Shown: positions 8,497 to 18,159 of the stretch, in pieces
Numbering within the stretch: position 1 is the first letter of the stretch
How the letters are laid out: the number at the start of each line of letters is the position of its first letter
From: Candidatus Deferrimicrobiaceae bacterium
GTDB taxonomy: Bacteria; Desulfobacterota; Deferrimicrobia; Deferrimicrobiales; Deferrimicrobiaceae
Length of the DNA stretch: 64,000 bases
Assembly: GCA_963725055.1 (NCBI GenBank)
Contig: CAVRXE010000005.1
Coordinates: 2,973 to 66,972 of the forward strand
Direction: 5' to 3'
Notes under the pieces: model-generated
Databases searched by the model: none
What the model was told of the DNA's origin: nothing
Seen by the model: the letters and a program-made list of their open reading frames with translations, nothing else
Program-made: the position numbers and the translations under genes

Positions 8497-10550
8497 ATGG
8501 GTGGAACATGGTCCCCGAAGGAATCGGTTATCTTCTTCCAGGAGAAGTTGTTTCCGTATGCACCGGTCGTCCTCTTCATCCCCGCGACTCTCTTCCTTTC
8601 TTATCGATGGAACCCCCAGTTCTCCCACAACCTGGCCGAGACGTTCAGCATCATCGTCGCCTGCGGCGTCTTCACACTGATGTGGAACGCCCAGAAGTTC
8701 ATCGACAACCATTACTTCATCTTCCTCGGCATCGCCTATCTGTTCGTCGGCGCCATCGACTCTATCCACTTGCTCACGTTCGGTGGCGTGATTCATCCCG
8801 GAAAAGTCCACCCAATCTTACGCGCTCTGGTTCTCCGCCCGATTCGTCCAGAGCGTCGCGCTGATTTTCGCCCCGATCTTCGTTTCGCGCAGGCTCTACC
8901 CGTGGCTCGTTTTCCTCGGATTTGCGGTCCTCTCCGCCGTGCTTGTCACAATCACATTGGCTGGCGCTTTCCCCATCTTCTTCATCCCCGGGGTGGGATT
9001 TACGCCCGCCGAGAATCTTTGGGATTTCATCATCGTGGGGATACAACTTCTCTCGATCGGCGCCATCTGGCGGGTCCGCAAGCATTTCGACGGGGAGGTG
9101 TTTCAGAAACTGGTCGTCTCCATTATCTTCTCGATCGCCGCCGTGCTGGTGGACGATCTCAGCCCGGAAAAGTACATGTATGGCAGCCTCTTCGGCCATT
9201 ACCTGAATGTCCTCTCGTACTACCTGGTCTACAAGGCGATCATCGTGATCGGCCTCAACCGCCCCTACGATCTCATCTTCCGGGAGATGAAAAGGAACGA
9301 AGAGGAGATCCGCGTCGCGCGGGATGAGCTGGATGCCCGGGTGACCGAGCGGACGGAAGAGCTCCGGGATGTGAACGTCCGGCTCGAGCGGGAGCTCTCC
9401 GAGCGTATCCGGATGGAGGAGGAGCGCGGGGTGACGAGCCATCGGCTTCGGGAGAGCGAGGCCCGGTTCCGGTCCCTGGTCGAGAACGAGGCCGTCGGCA
9501 CCATGATCGTCCAGGAGGGCCGCGTCGCCTTCCGGAATCCGGAACTGGAGCGTCTTATGGGTCCGATCCCGGAGGGGTTCGATTTTCGACGGCTGGGACC
9601 TCCCCACCCGGAGGACGTCCCGAAGTTCGAGCGGCTTTGCGGTACGGTGCGGGAGGGGGAGCCGTTCCGGCAGGGGATGGAGCTCCGGTTCTCCGTGCCC
9701 GACGTCGAGACGGGGGAGAAGGCGCTTTGCTGCGTGCAATGCCGGACCGTTCCGATCGACTTCCAGGGAAAGCCCGCTGTTCTCGTCAACATGGTCGACA
9801 TCACGCGCATGAAAGACCTCGAGCAGATCGTGATGGCACGGGAGAAGCTCGCCTCCCTCGGCCAGCTGGCCGCCGGGATCGCCCACGAGATACGGAACCC
9901 CCTCTCCGGGATCAATATCAACATCTCCACACTGGACCTGCTCTGCCGGCGGGCGGAAGGGATGGACCCGGAAGAGAAGGAGAAGCTCGCACGCGGTCGT
10001 CGCCCAGGCGAAGGCCGCTTCCGACAAGATCGGCGCGGTCGTCAAACGGATCATGGATTACTCCAAGCCGATCCCTCCCCGGATGGACCGGATCGACGTG
10101 GTCCGGGTCGTCCGAGAGGTCCTCGTCCTTTCGGCGGCCAGCATCCGCAATGGCGATGTCAAGCTCCTGCAGGACCTTTCGCCGGAGCCACTGTACTGCC
10201 GGGCGGACGCCACGCTCCTGCAGCAGGCGATCCTCAATCTCATCACGAACGCACTCCAGGCGATGGAAACCGTCGACCGGGAGAAATTCATCAGTGTGGG
10301 CGTGGCGCAGGAGGGGCAGCAGGCGGTGATCCGGGTCGTCGACAACGGCCCGGGCGTGGCCGAGGACCTTCTCGGCAAGATCTTCGACCCTTTCTACACG
10401 ACGCGGAAGGACGGCCACGGGATCGGCCTCTCGTTCAGCCACCGCGTCATCTCCAAACACAACGGCCGGCTTTCCGCCGGCGCCGCCGAAGGGGGAGGTG
10501 CGGTGTTCCGCATCGAGCTTCCCCTGTGGCGGGACAGGAGGACCGCATGA
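8497..10550 (+). CDS. Sensor histidine kinase (MASE3-like membrane domain, PAS, HisKA, HATPase_c), broken by two 1-nt frame shifts as sequenced
   Basis: The membrane domain runs in frame 1 to ..LTFGGVIHPG and continues in frame 2 (..KSTQSYALWFSARFVQSVALIFAPIF..) after the A4 run at 8802-8805. Coiled coil, PAS and H-box HEIRNPLSGI follow. The frame changes again near 9989 (..EKEKL|HAVVAQAKAASDKIGAVVKRIMDYSKP..). N/G boxes: NLITNALQAM, DNGPGV, GHGIGLS. Confidence 0.8.
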
Positions 10551-11929
10551 CCGCCTGGAGCGTCTTCATCGTGGACGACGAGGAGACCATCCGGGAGGGG
10601 ATCCGGATCGCCCTCGAGCCGCGCTACCGGGTCCGTGCGTTCCCGGACGCGGAGTCCGCCGTCGAGGTCGTCACGGAGGATCCGCCGGACCTCGTTCTCA
10701 TGGACATCGGGCTGCCCGGGATGGGCGGCGTCGAAGGGATCCGGGCGATCAAGGCCCTTCGTCCCGAGACGCTGTTCGTCGTGATCACCGCATACGAGGA
10801 TGTCCAGACGGTCGTCAGCGCGATGAAGGGCGGGGCATTCGATTACCTGGTGAAGCCGTTGCACATGGAGACCCTGGAAACGAGCATCGGGAACGCGCTG
10901 GAGACGGTTCGCCTCCACAAGGAGGTTCGGGAGCTGCAGGAGCGGTTTCTTCGGGAGAAGGTGCCGCTGTTCGTCGGGGAAAGCCACGCGATCCGCGAGG
11001 TCATGGAGTTCGTGGAGTCGGTCGCGAAAAGCCCCGATACGCCCATACTCATCCTCGGCCCGACGGGAACGGGGAAGGAGCTCATCGCGGCCGCGATCCA
11101 CTACCGGAGCCCCAACTTCCGCGGCCCCCTTGTGAGCATCAATTGCGCGGCCATCCCGAAGGAGCTGCTCGAAAGCGAGCTGTTCGGGTACGAGAAGGGC
11201 GCCTTCACCGGCGCGAGCCTCGCCGGGAAGAAGGGGCTGGTGGAGGAGGCATCCGGCGGAACGCTCTTCCTGGACGAGGTGGCGGACCTGAGCCCGGAGG
11301 CCCAGGCGAAACTGCTGCGGTTTCTCGAGGTCGGGGAGTTCCATCGCGTCGGGGGGACGCGCCTCTTGCGTGCGTCCGCGAGGGTCGTATCCGCAACCAA
11401 CAAGGAGCTGGAAAGTCTCGTCGGGAAGGGGCTCTTCCGCGAAGATCTCTACTACCGGCTCGCGGTCGTACGGGTGACGGTGCCCACCCTTTCCGACCGG
11501 CGCGACGACATCCTTCCGATCGCACGCTACTTCCTCGCGGAGTTCTCACGGAAGTTCGGCCGGGTCCTGAGCGGGTTTTCCCCGGAAGCGGAAGGGGCCC
11601 TCCTTGCGTGTCCATGGGAGGGGAACATCCGTGAACTCCGCAACGTCGTGGAGCGGGCGGTCCTCTCGGGAAAGGGGAAGGAAGTCGCCGCCGCCGATTT
11701 GCGGCTGGCCCCGGGGGGGGCCGTCCCCCGCATTCCGCCCCCCGCCGGCCCCTCGGGTCCTCCCCTCACGCCGGAGGGGATCGACCTGCCCGCGGTGCAG
11801 GAGTCGATCGAGAAGCGCTATATCGAAGCGGCCCTTCGACTGGCGGCGGGGAAAGAGACGAAGGCGTCGCAGCTCCTCGGCGTCAACTACCACACCTTCC
11901 GCTACCGAAGGAGGAAGCTCGGGCTGTAG
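10547..11929 (+). CDS. Sigma54-dependent response regulator (NtrC family)
   Basis: Receiver (VFIVDDEE.., LVLMDIGLPGMGG), AAA+ domain with Walker A GPTGTGKE and the sigma54-contact loop GAFTGA, and a C-terminal Fis-type HTH (ASQLLGVNYHTFRYRRRKLGL). ATGA overlap with the kinase stop. Confidence 0.9.
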   Translation: MTAWSVFIVDDEETIREGIRIALEPRYRVRAFPDAESAVEVVTEDPPDLVLMDIGLPGMGGVEGIRAIKALRPETLFVVITAYEDVQTVVSAMKGGAFDYLVKPLHMETLETSIGNALETVRLHKEVRELQERFLREKVPLFVGESHAIREVMEFVESVAKSPDTPILILGPTGTGKELIAAAIHYRSPNFRGPLVSINCAAIPKELLESELFGYEKGAFTGASLAGKKGLVEEASGGTLFLDEVADLSPEAQAKLLRFLEVGEFHRVGGTRLLRASARVVSATNKELESLVGKGLFREDLYYRLAVVRVTVPTLSDRRDDILPIARYFLAEFSRKFGRVLSGFSPEAEGALLACPWEGNIRELRNVVERAVLSGKGKEVAAADLRLAPGGAVPRIPPPAGPSGPPLTPEGIDLPAVQESIEKRYIEAALRLAAGKETKASQLLGVNYHTFRYRRRKLGL

Positions 11930-12126
11930 CTCTCCTCCCCGGACGACCGGTGGAAGTTGCATTTTTCCTATTTTTCTACGGGAACTTTTCGATTCTCCCG
12001 TCTCCCCCCGCCGGTTTTCCGCACGCCACGTGAACGTATCTATATTGAAAATAAAAGGAATCCGTGTTTGGTCCGTTCCGGCATACGTCGTGCTATCTGG
12101 AATGGACATCGCACGAAAGGATACCG

Positions 12127-12549
12127 ATGGAAACGAACCAGGCGCCCTCGGGGGCGAGGGTTGCCATCATCGAGGACGATGTCCCTCTGCGCGAAGCGCT
12201 GGTTCTTTTCCTGCGGGTGAAGGGGTGGTCGGTGGATTCCTTCGGGAGTGGCGAGGAGTCGGCCGGGGTCGTGAATTGGGGAGAGTACACGGTGGTGGTC
12301 TGCGATTTCTCCCTTCCCCGAGAGGACGGCCTCTCCGTGCTTCGCCGCGTCAGGGAGGCTTCGGACAAGGTCGTTACGGTGTTGATCACCACCTACCCTG
12401 GTGGCGACCTTTCGGCGCAAGTCGAGTCGGCGGGCGTCGACCGGGTCCTGTTCAAGCCGTTTTCCACGATGGAGTTGGTGAAATCGATCGGGGCCCTGAC
12501 CGAAAATCGATCCAGCCGAGGTTCGACGGCGCCCGCATCGCCTCAATGA
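12127..12549 (+). CDS. Single-domain response regulator (CheY-like receiver)
   Basis: ..RVAIIEDDVPLREAL.., phospho-acceptor context VVVCDFSLPREDG, ..VTVLITTY.., ..VLFKPF... Preceded by a ~200-nt lower-GC intergenic region. Confidence 0.8.
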   Translation: METNQAPSGARVAIIEDDVPLREALVLFLRVKGWSVDSFGSGEESAGVVNWGEYTVVVCDFSLPREDGLSVLRRVREASDKVVTVLITTYPGGDLSAQVESAGVDRVLFKPFSTMELVKSIGALTENRSSRGSTAPASPQ

Positions 12550-12693
12550 CCCCGGGGCGATGGATCCCTGCCGCGTCCGTTGCGGCGGATCCCCTCATCG
12601 GCATTCTTGGGGTTGTCCGCTCCTCTTCCCCCTGCCCCGCCGTGGAGGCTCTTCGGGATCCTGCAGGTCGTTGACCTGAGGTAAGATACCGTC

Positions 12694-14396
12694 ATGGGAG
12701 CTACGATCCTCAGTCGAAGGCGGTTCAACGAGGCGCTGCTGGCAACGCTCCCGGTTTCTCCCTCCGAGATGGAATCGTTGAACGGCCTGGCCGCGGAGGA
12801 AGGAGCGGGGTTTCCGCGTCTCCTCGTCTCCCGGGGGCTCCTTTCCCCGGAGGGGTTGCTCCGCGCCTACCAGGCGCTCTGCGGGATCCCCGCGTTCCGG
12901 CGCAATCCCGACGCGGACACCTCCGCCCCCTCGGACGTCCTTCCGCTTTCTTTCCTGCGCGCCAAGCTTCTGATCCCCGTGTCCGCCGCCGACGGCACGC
13001 TCACCGTGGCGATGGCCGATCCCCTCGACGCGAACGCAAGGGAAGCGGTGGCCAAGGCCACCGGGAAGCGCGTGGAGGTGATGGCCGGGACCGAGGAGGA
13101 GATCCGCGAGGCGATCGAGAGGGAGTACGGCGAGTCCGGCTCCTCGATGGAGAGCCTCGTCGAGCAGGTCGGGGACGAGACGCCGGAAGTCGCGGGCGAC
13201 GAGCGGGTGGAGCAGTTGATCGGCGTCGCCTCCGAGGCGCCCATCATCCGGCTGGTCAACTTCGTCATGGCGCGCGCGATCGAGCGCGGCGCGAGCGACA
13301 TCCACTTCGAGCCGTACGAGAAGGCACTGCGCGTCCGGTACCGGATCGACGGGATTCTCGAGGATGTGGAGTCCCCCCCCGGCGGCTCCAGACGGCGATC
13401 CTCTCCCGGATCAAGATCATGGCGCGGCTGAACATCGCCGAGAGCCGGCTTCCTCAAGATGGCCGTGTGAAGCTCCGGATCGGCGGGAAGGAGATCGATT
13501 TCCGGGTCTCGACGATCCCCACGCTGCACGGCGAGAGCGTTGTGATCCGCATCCTCGACCAGGCGACCGTTCCTTTGAACATGGAGACGCTGGGCTTCTT
13601 TCCCGACACGCTGTCGGTCTTCCGCCCGATGGTCTCCGCCCCGTACGGGATGATCCTGGTCACCGGCCCCACCGGCAGCGGGAAGACGACCACGCTCTAC
13701 GCCGCCCTGCGGGAGATCACCTCTCCGGCGCGGAAGATCATCACCATCGAGGACCCGGTGGAGTACCAGATCCCCGGCGTCATCCAGATCCAGGTGAAGC
13801 CGCAGATCGGCCTGACGTTCGCCTCGGGTCTTCGCTCCATCGTCCGGCAGGACCCCGACGTGATCCTCGTGGGGGAGATCCGCGACCGCGAGACCGCGGA
13901 GATCGCGATCCACTCCGCGCTCACGGGGCACATGGTGCTGTCCACCCTCCATACCAACGACGCCCCCGGGTCGGTCACGCGCCTGCTCGAAATGGGGGTC
14001 GAAGAGTACCTGCTGCCGTCCGTCCTCATCGGCGTGCTCGCGCAGCGGCTGGTTCGCACGATCTGCGGGGGTTGCGCCGCCCCGCGCGAGATTTCCCCGG
14101 CGTTGCGCGAGGATCTGCTGCGCGAGGCCGGCTTCGTCCCGGAGGGGAACCTGCGGATGGGGCGTGGCTGCGACGCTTGCGGAGGTACGGGGTTCCGGGG
14201 GCGATCGGGAATCTTCGAGCTGCTCCCCGTCACTGACGGGATCAGGGAGTTGGTCCTCGCACGGGCGGACGCCGGCGCGCTCCGGACGAAAGCGGCGGCC
14301 GAGGGGATGCGGCCCCTGCGGGAGGACGGCTGGGAGAAGGTTCGGCAGGGAATCACGACGATCGAGGAAGTCCTGCGGGTCACACGAGCAGGGTAA
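12694..14396 (+). CDS. gspE: Type II secretion ATPase GspE, one frame break as sequenced
   Basis: N-terminal GspE_N-type domain, then ..APIIRLVN..ERGASDIHFEP.., Walker A GPTGSGKTT, ..ILVGEIRD.., ..GHMVLSTLHTND.., and a tetra-Cys C-terminal motif. The frame changes inside the C8 run at 13373-13380 (..ILEDVESPP|RRLQTAILSRIKIMARLNIAESRLPQDGR..). Confidence 0.9.
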
Positions 14397-14405
14397 GGGC
14401 AGGCA

Positions 14406-15632
14406 ATGGCGGTCTTCGGCTACAGAGTCACCGACGGGTCCGGCCGGGTCTCCGAGGGTGTAATCGAGGCGGCGGAGGAAGCGGCGGCCCGGGACCGGCT
14501 GCGGGAGAGGAACCTCACTCCGATCCGGGTGTGGGCAGCCTCGGCGGCGTCGGAGCGGAAAGGGGGCGAGGCCCCGCCGCGCGGGGCCGGTGCGCGCGGG
14601 GCGCGGAAGGATCTGCTTCCGTTCCTGCAGGGGTTCCGCACCCTCCTCACTGCCGGCGTTCCGATGGACCGGGCCCTCGAAATGATGGCCGACCTGTTCC
14701 GCGGCGGGCCGATGGGACCCGTGGCAGTTTCCCTCCTCCGGGAGGTGCGCGCCGGATCTTCCCTTTCGGACGCGATGCGCAAGGCTCCCGGGGCTCCGTT
14801 CAACCGCTTTCTCATCCAGATGGTCCATGCGGGGCAGGCGACCGGCCGGCTCGAGGAGGCACTCGACCAGGCGTACCGCTTCCTCGAACGGTCCAGGGAT
14901 TTTCGCTCCAACCTCCTCGGATCGCTCCTCTACCCGATCATCCTCCTCGCCGCCTCGATCGTATCGGTGATCCTTCTCGTCGTCTTCGTCGTCCCGCGCT
15001 TCGCCGGGGTGTTCGCCTCCTCGGGGGTGCTGCTTCCCCTCCCCACCCGTGTCCTCCTCGGCATCAGCACGTTTCTCGAGGGGAATTTTCTCTACCTCCT
15101 CGCCGCCGGGGGCGCTCTCTTCGCGTTCGCCCGCGCGGCGTTGTCGCGGCCGGAGGTCCGCCGGGACTGGGACCGGGGGAAGATGACGTGGCCCTTCGTC
15201 GGGGAGACGGTGACGGCGATGGAGACATCCCGGGTGATGCGGTCCCTCTCGTCGCTCCTGTCCGGCGGCGTGCCGATCCTGCACGCCTTCGTCATCGCCC
15301 GGGAGGTGAGCGGGAACACGGCGATCCGGGAAGGGATGGAGGCGGCGCGGCTGAAGGTCCAGGGGGGAGCCAAGGTGGCGCGCGCTCTCGGCGAGACGAC
15401 ACCGTTCCCGGAACTTGCGCTGCAGATGATCGCCGTAGGGGAGGAGACGGGACGGCTCGAGGAGATGCTCGCCTCCGTGGCCGACACGTATGAGGACCGG
15501 GCGCGCCGGAGCCTGAAGAACTTTCTCACGATCCTCGAGCCCGTCGTGATCCTCGGGATGGGGTTGCTGGTCGGGTTCATCGCCTTCTCGATGTTCCTCG
15601 CGATCTTCCGCCTCAACGAGGTCCCGTTCTGA
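14406..15632 (+). CDS. gspF: Type II secretion inner-membrane platform protein GspF
   Basis: 408 aa with two T2SSF repeats and three hydrophobic segments. The N-terminus (MAVFGYRVTDGSGRVSEGVIEA..) is typical of GspF/PilC. Confidence 0.85.
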   Translation: MAVFGYRVTDGSGRVSEGVIEAAEEAAARDRLRERNLTPIRVWAASAASERKGGEAPPRGAGARGARKDLLPFLQGFRTLLTAGVPMDRALEMMADLFRGGPMGPVAVSLLREVRAGSSLSDAMRKAPGAPFNRFLIQMVHAGQATGRLEEALDQAYRFLERSRDFRSNLLGSLLYPIILLAASIVSVILLVVFVVPRFAGVFASSGVLLPLPTRVLLGISTFLEGNFLYLLAAGGALFAFARAALSRPEVRRDWDRGKMTWPFVGETVTAMETSRVMRSLSSLLSGGVPILHAFVIAREVSGNTAIREGMEAARLKVQGGAKVARALGETTPFPELALQMIAVGEETGRLEEMLASVADTYEDRARRSLKNFLTILEPVVILGMGLLVGFIAFSMFLAIFRLNEVPF

Positions 15633-16067
15633 TGCGCAGCGAAGGCTTCACCTTCGTGGAGTTGATCGTCGTGCTGGCGATTCTCGCCGGGCTCGCGGCG
15701 CTGGTCGCGCCCTCCTTCTCCCGAACCGTCGCGTCGGCGCGGCTGCGGACCGCCGCCTCCGACGTGCGATCGACCTTCGCCCGGGCGCGCGCGCTCGCCG
15801 TCGCTTCCGCGCGGGAGCGCTCCGCCGTCTTCGACCTTTCGCGGGGCGAATTCGGCGTCGACAACGAGGCGGTGCGGCTCCTGCCGGAGACGATCCGCCT
15901 CGGGGCCGTTCTCCCGGGGGGACCGCCTGGACCGGGGAAGCGTCCGGGTCCGTTTCTTCCCCGACGGCGGCGGCGAGGAGGCGGAGATTTCCGTGACGGC
16001 GCAGGATGGCGGGGCGTTGCGCGTGACGGTGGATCCGCTCACAGGGTTGTCGGAGGCGGGAACGTGA
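15632..16067 (+). CDS. gspH: Minor pseudopilin GspH-like, one frame break as sequenced
   Basis: Prepilin-type N-terminus MRSEGFTFVELIVVLAIL. After the G6 run at 15916-15921 the protein continues in another frame (DRLDRGSVRVRFFPDGGGEEAEISVTAQDGGALRVTVDPLTGLSEAGT*). That frame ends in a TGA overlapping the next GTG start. Confidence 0.75.
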
Positions 16068-16465
16068 CCGTCCCCCGCCGTGGAGAAAGAGGGTTCACGC
16101 TTCTCGAGGTGATCGTCGCGATCGCGCTCTTCGCGGCGGGGATCGTGGCGATCTCCCGGCTGTTCACCGGCTCGTTGCGCCTGTCGGGAGGGGCGAGGGA
16201 CGCATCCGCCGCAGCGATCTACGCCCGGCAGCGGATGGAGGAGGCGCTCCTCGCGCCCGATCCGGCCGAAGGGACGGAGCAGGGCGCCTTCGGCGAAGGG
16301 TACCGGTGGAAGCTGGAGACTGCGTTCGTGCCCCCGGAGGAGGTGAAGCCGTACGACGAGATCCGGTACCGGGTCACGGTGACGTGGGACGACGGGGGAG
16401 AGGAGCGTTCGACGGAGCTCACGGCCGGGCGGTGGCGATGGAGGAAGACCGATGCCGGCGCCTGA
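16064..16465 (+). CDS. gspI: Minor pseudopilin GspI-like
   Basis: GTG start overlapping the gspH stop (GTGA). Prepilin N-terminus ..RGERGFTLLEVIVAIALFAAG... About 133 aa. Confidence 0.75.
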   Translation: MTVPRRGERGFTLLEVIVAIALFAAGIVAISRLFTGSLRLSGGARDASAAAIYARQRMEEALLAPDPAEGTEQGAFGEGYRWKLETAFVPPEEVKPYDEIRYRVTVTWDDGGEERSTELTAGRWRWRKTDAGA

Positions 16466-17235
16466 TGCTAGTGCACGCCGCGGGTTCACGCTCCTCGAGC
16501 TCGTCATCGCCCTTGCGATCCTCGCGATGATCGCGGGAAGCGTGGCGGTGGGGATCCGCCTCGCCGTCGGGTCGATCGAGCGGGGGGAGGCCGTGACCCG
16601 GGATGCCGCGAGGCTGCGCGCCGCCGTGGGGATCTTCGAGCGTGCGCTCATGTCGGCGGACCCGCTGCCGATCCCCGTGGGGGACAATACGACATCGTAC
16701 TTCGCGGGGGAGGAGAAGAGCGTCCGGTTCCTGACCGCAGGGGCGCCGTCGGCGATGCATGGGAGCGGGTTGCGCCTGATCTCGTTTTTCGAGCGGTCGG
16801 GAGGCGAGGGGAGCGGGATCGCGGTCGCGACGGCGTCCCCGTTCCGGGCCGAGGGGGCGGAACGCTGGGAGGGGAACGGAGAAGGCGCGGATCCTGGTCC
16901 CGGGCGGTGGGGAGCTCGCCTTCTCCTTCTCCGCGGGCCCTGGGAAGGAAGGGGCGTGGGAATGGCTCCCGGCGTGGGATCCGAAGGAGACGGGCCGTCT
17001 TCCCGCCGCCGTGCGGGTGGAGTTCAGCGTGCCGTCCCCGTCCGGCCCCCGGAAGACCGCGTTCGTGGTGCCGGTGCCCGCCGGGAGAGGGGCGGAGGAT
17101 GAAGGGACAGGCTGGCCCGCATTTCTCACCAGAGTTCGTAGCGAGGTGGTGGAGATGGGCGTGGATACAAGGCGCGCGACCGAGCGCAACGAAGTAGACA
17201 TGCCCATATCCGCCGCCGCAGTAGAAGGCTGGTGA
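16452..17235 (+). CDS. gspJ: Minor pseudopilin GspJ-like, one frame break; 3' end uncertain
   Basis: Prepilin N-terminus ..ARRGFTLLELVIALAILAM... After ~16880 it continues in frame 1 (..ARILVPGGGELAFSFSAGPGKEGAWEWLPAWDPKETGRLPAAVRVEFSVP..), a typical GspJ C-terminus. That frame stays open to 17235, but the conserved part ends near 17100. Confidence 0.65.
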
Positions 17236-17236
17236 G

Positions 17237-18145
17237 ATGCGCTACCGCGGCGTCGCGCTCCTGCTCGTCCTGTGGGCGCTGGTACTGCTCGGGACGCTGG
17301 CCCTCGGATTCTCGTTGTCGATGCGGACGGAGGCGATGGCGGCGCGCAACGGGATCGACGAAACGCGCGCCTTGTTCCAGGCGCGGACGGGAGTGAACCG
17401 GGCCGTCGCGATGCTCGCCTCCGTGCCCGCAGACAACGTGATGGCGGCGACGATCGCAGGGGAAGACGGGGACGCGTCGTACGAGGTCCGGGTCGAGAGC
17501 GAGAGCGGCAAGGTGGACGTGAACCTCGTCGGCGAAGAGCTTCTTCTGGAGATTTTGAAGAAGGGAGGGCTTCCGGAGGAGGCGGCGGAAGACGTGCGGG
17601 ACGCGATCCTCGACTGGCGGGACGCGGACGACGTCCCCCGTCCTCGCGGGGCGGAACGCGCGGAGTACGGGCGGATGACCGAGCCGATCGCGCCCCGCAA
17701 CGGGAAGATCCGCGGCATCGGGGAGCTGATGTACGTGAAGGGGGTGACGAAGGAGATCCACGAGGGGTTTCTTTCAAGGATCTTCACGGTGCACGGGAAT
17801 TCCGCGCAAGTGAACTTCCTGCGCGCTCCGGAGATCGTCCTTCGATCGCTTCCGGGGGTTTCGTCCGAGGCGGCGGACCGGATCGTGGCTGGGCGCAGGG
17901 AGGAACCGCCGATCTCCGCCAAGGACCTCGCGCCGATGGTGAGGGAAGGGCTGCTGACCTCGCAGGGGCTGGCCCTCCTCTCCGGCGGATCCTCATCGCG
18001 TGTCTATACGATCACCGCCACGGGGAGGGCGGGAAACGACGTGACCCACGTCGTGCGGTGCCTGGTGGAAGTTTCGGGTTCCGGGGAAAAAGGGGTTAAG
18101 ATGCTCGGGTGGCTCGACAAGGCGCCTCGGGAGGAGGGCGGTTGA
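17237..18145 (+). CDS. gspK: Minor pseudopilin-like protein GspK
   Basis: MRYRGVALLLVLWALVLLGTLAL.. plus the central GspK pattern (..DAILDWRDADD..RPRGAERAEY.., ..IGELMYVKGVT..). Confidence 0.8.
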   Translation: MRYRGVALLLVLWALVLLGTLALGFSLSMRTEAMAARNGIDETRALFQARTGVNRAVAMLASVPADNVMAATIAGEDGDASYEVRVESESGKVDVNLVGEELLLEILKKGGLPEEAAEDVRDAILDWRDADDVPRPRGAERAEYGRMTEPIAPRNGKIRGIGELMYVKGVTKEIHEGFLSRIFTVHGNSAQVNFLRAPEIVLRSLPGVSSEAADRIVAGRREEPPISAKDLAPMVREGLLTSQGLALLSGGSSSRVYTITATGRAGNDVTHVVRCLVEVSGSGEKGVKMLGWLDKAPREEGG

Positions 18146-18159
18146 AGCGGTATCGCACC

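Noticed and set aside
11930-12693. Sigma54 (-24 GG / -12 GC) promoters that the NtrC-type activator might serve. I looked upstream of 12127, 12694 and 25790 (e.g. TGGTCCGTTCCGGCA at ~12066-12080 and TGGAAGTTGCA at ~11951).
   Set aside because: None has the correct GG-N10-GC spacing; the best candidate is off by one base. Given the indel-prone sequence this is inconclusive rather than negative, so I make no promoter call.
12867-15284. Very long antisense or alternate-frame ORFs from the ORF track. Examples: 12867-15284(-) 805 aa, 36852-40058(+) 1068 aa, 57058-59190(-) 710 aa, 16419-17777(-), 260-1159(-), 6223-7791(+), 25757-27028(-).
   Set aside because: Their translations are monotonous Arg/Pro/Gly/Asp/His-rich strings without motifs. 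Each lies opposite or out of frame to a gene with clear family signatures. Stop-poor shadow frames are expected at this GC content.
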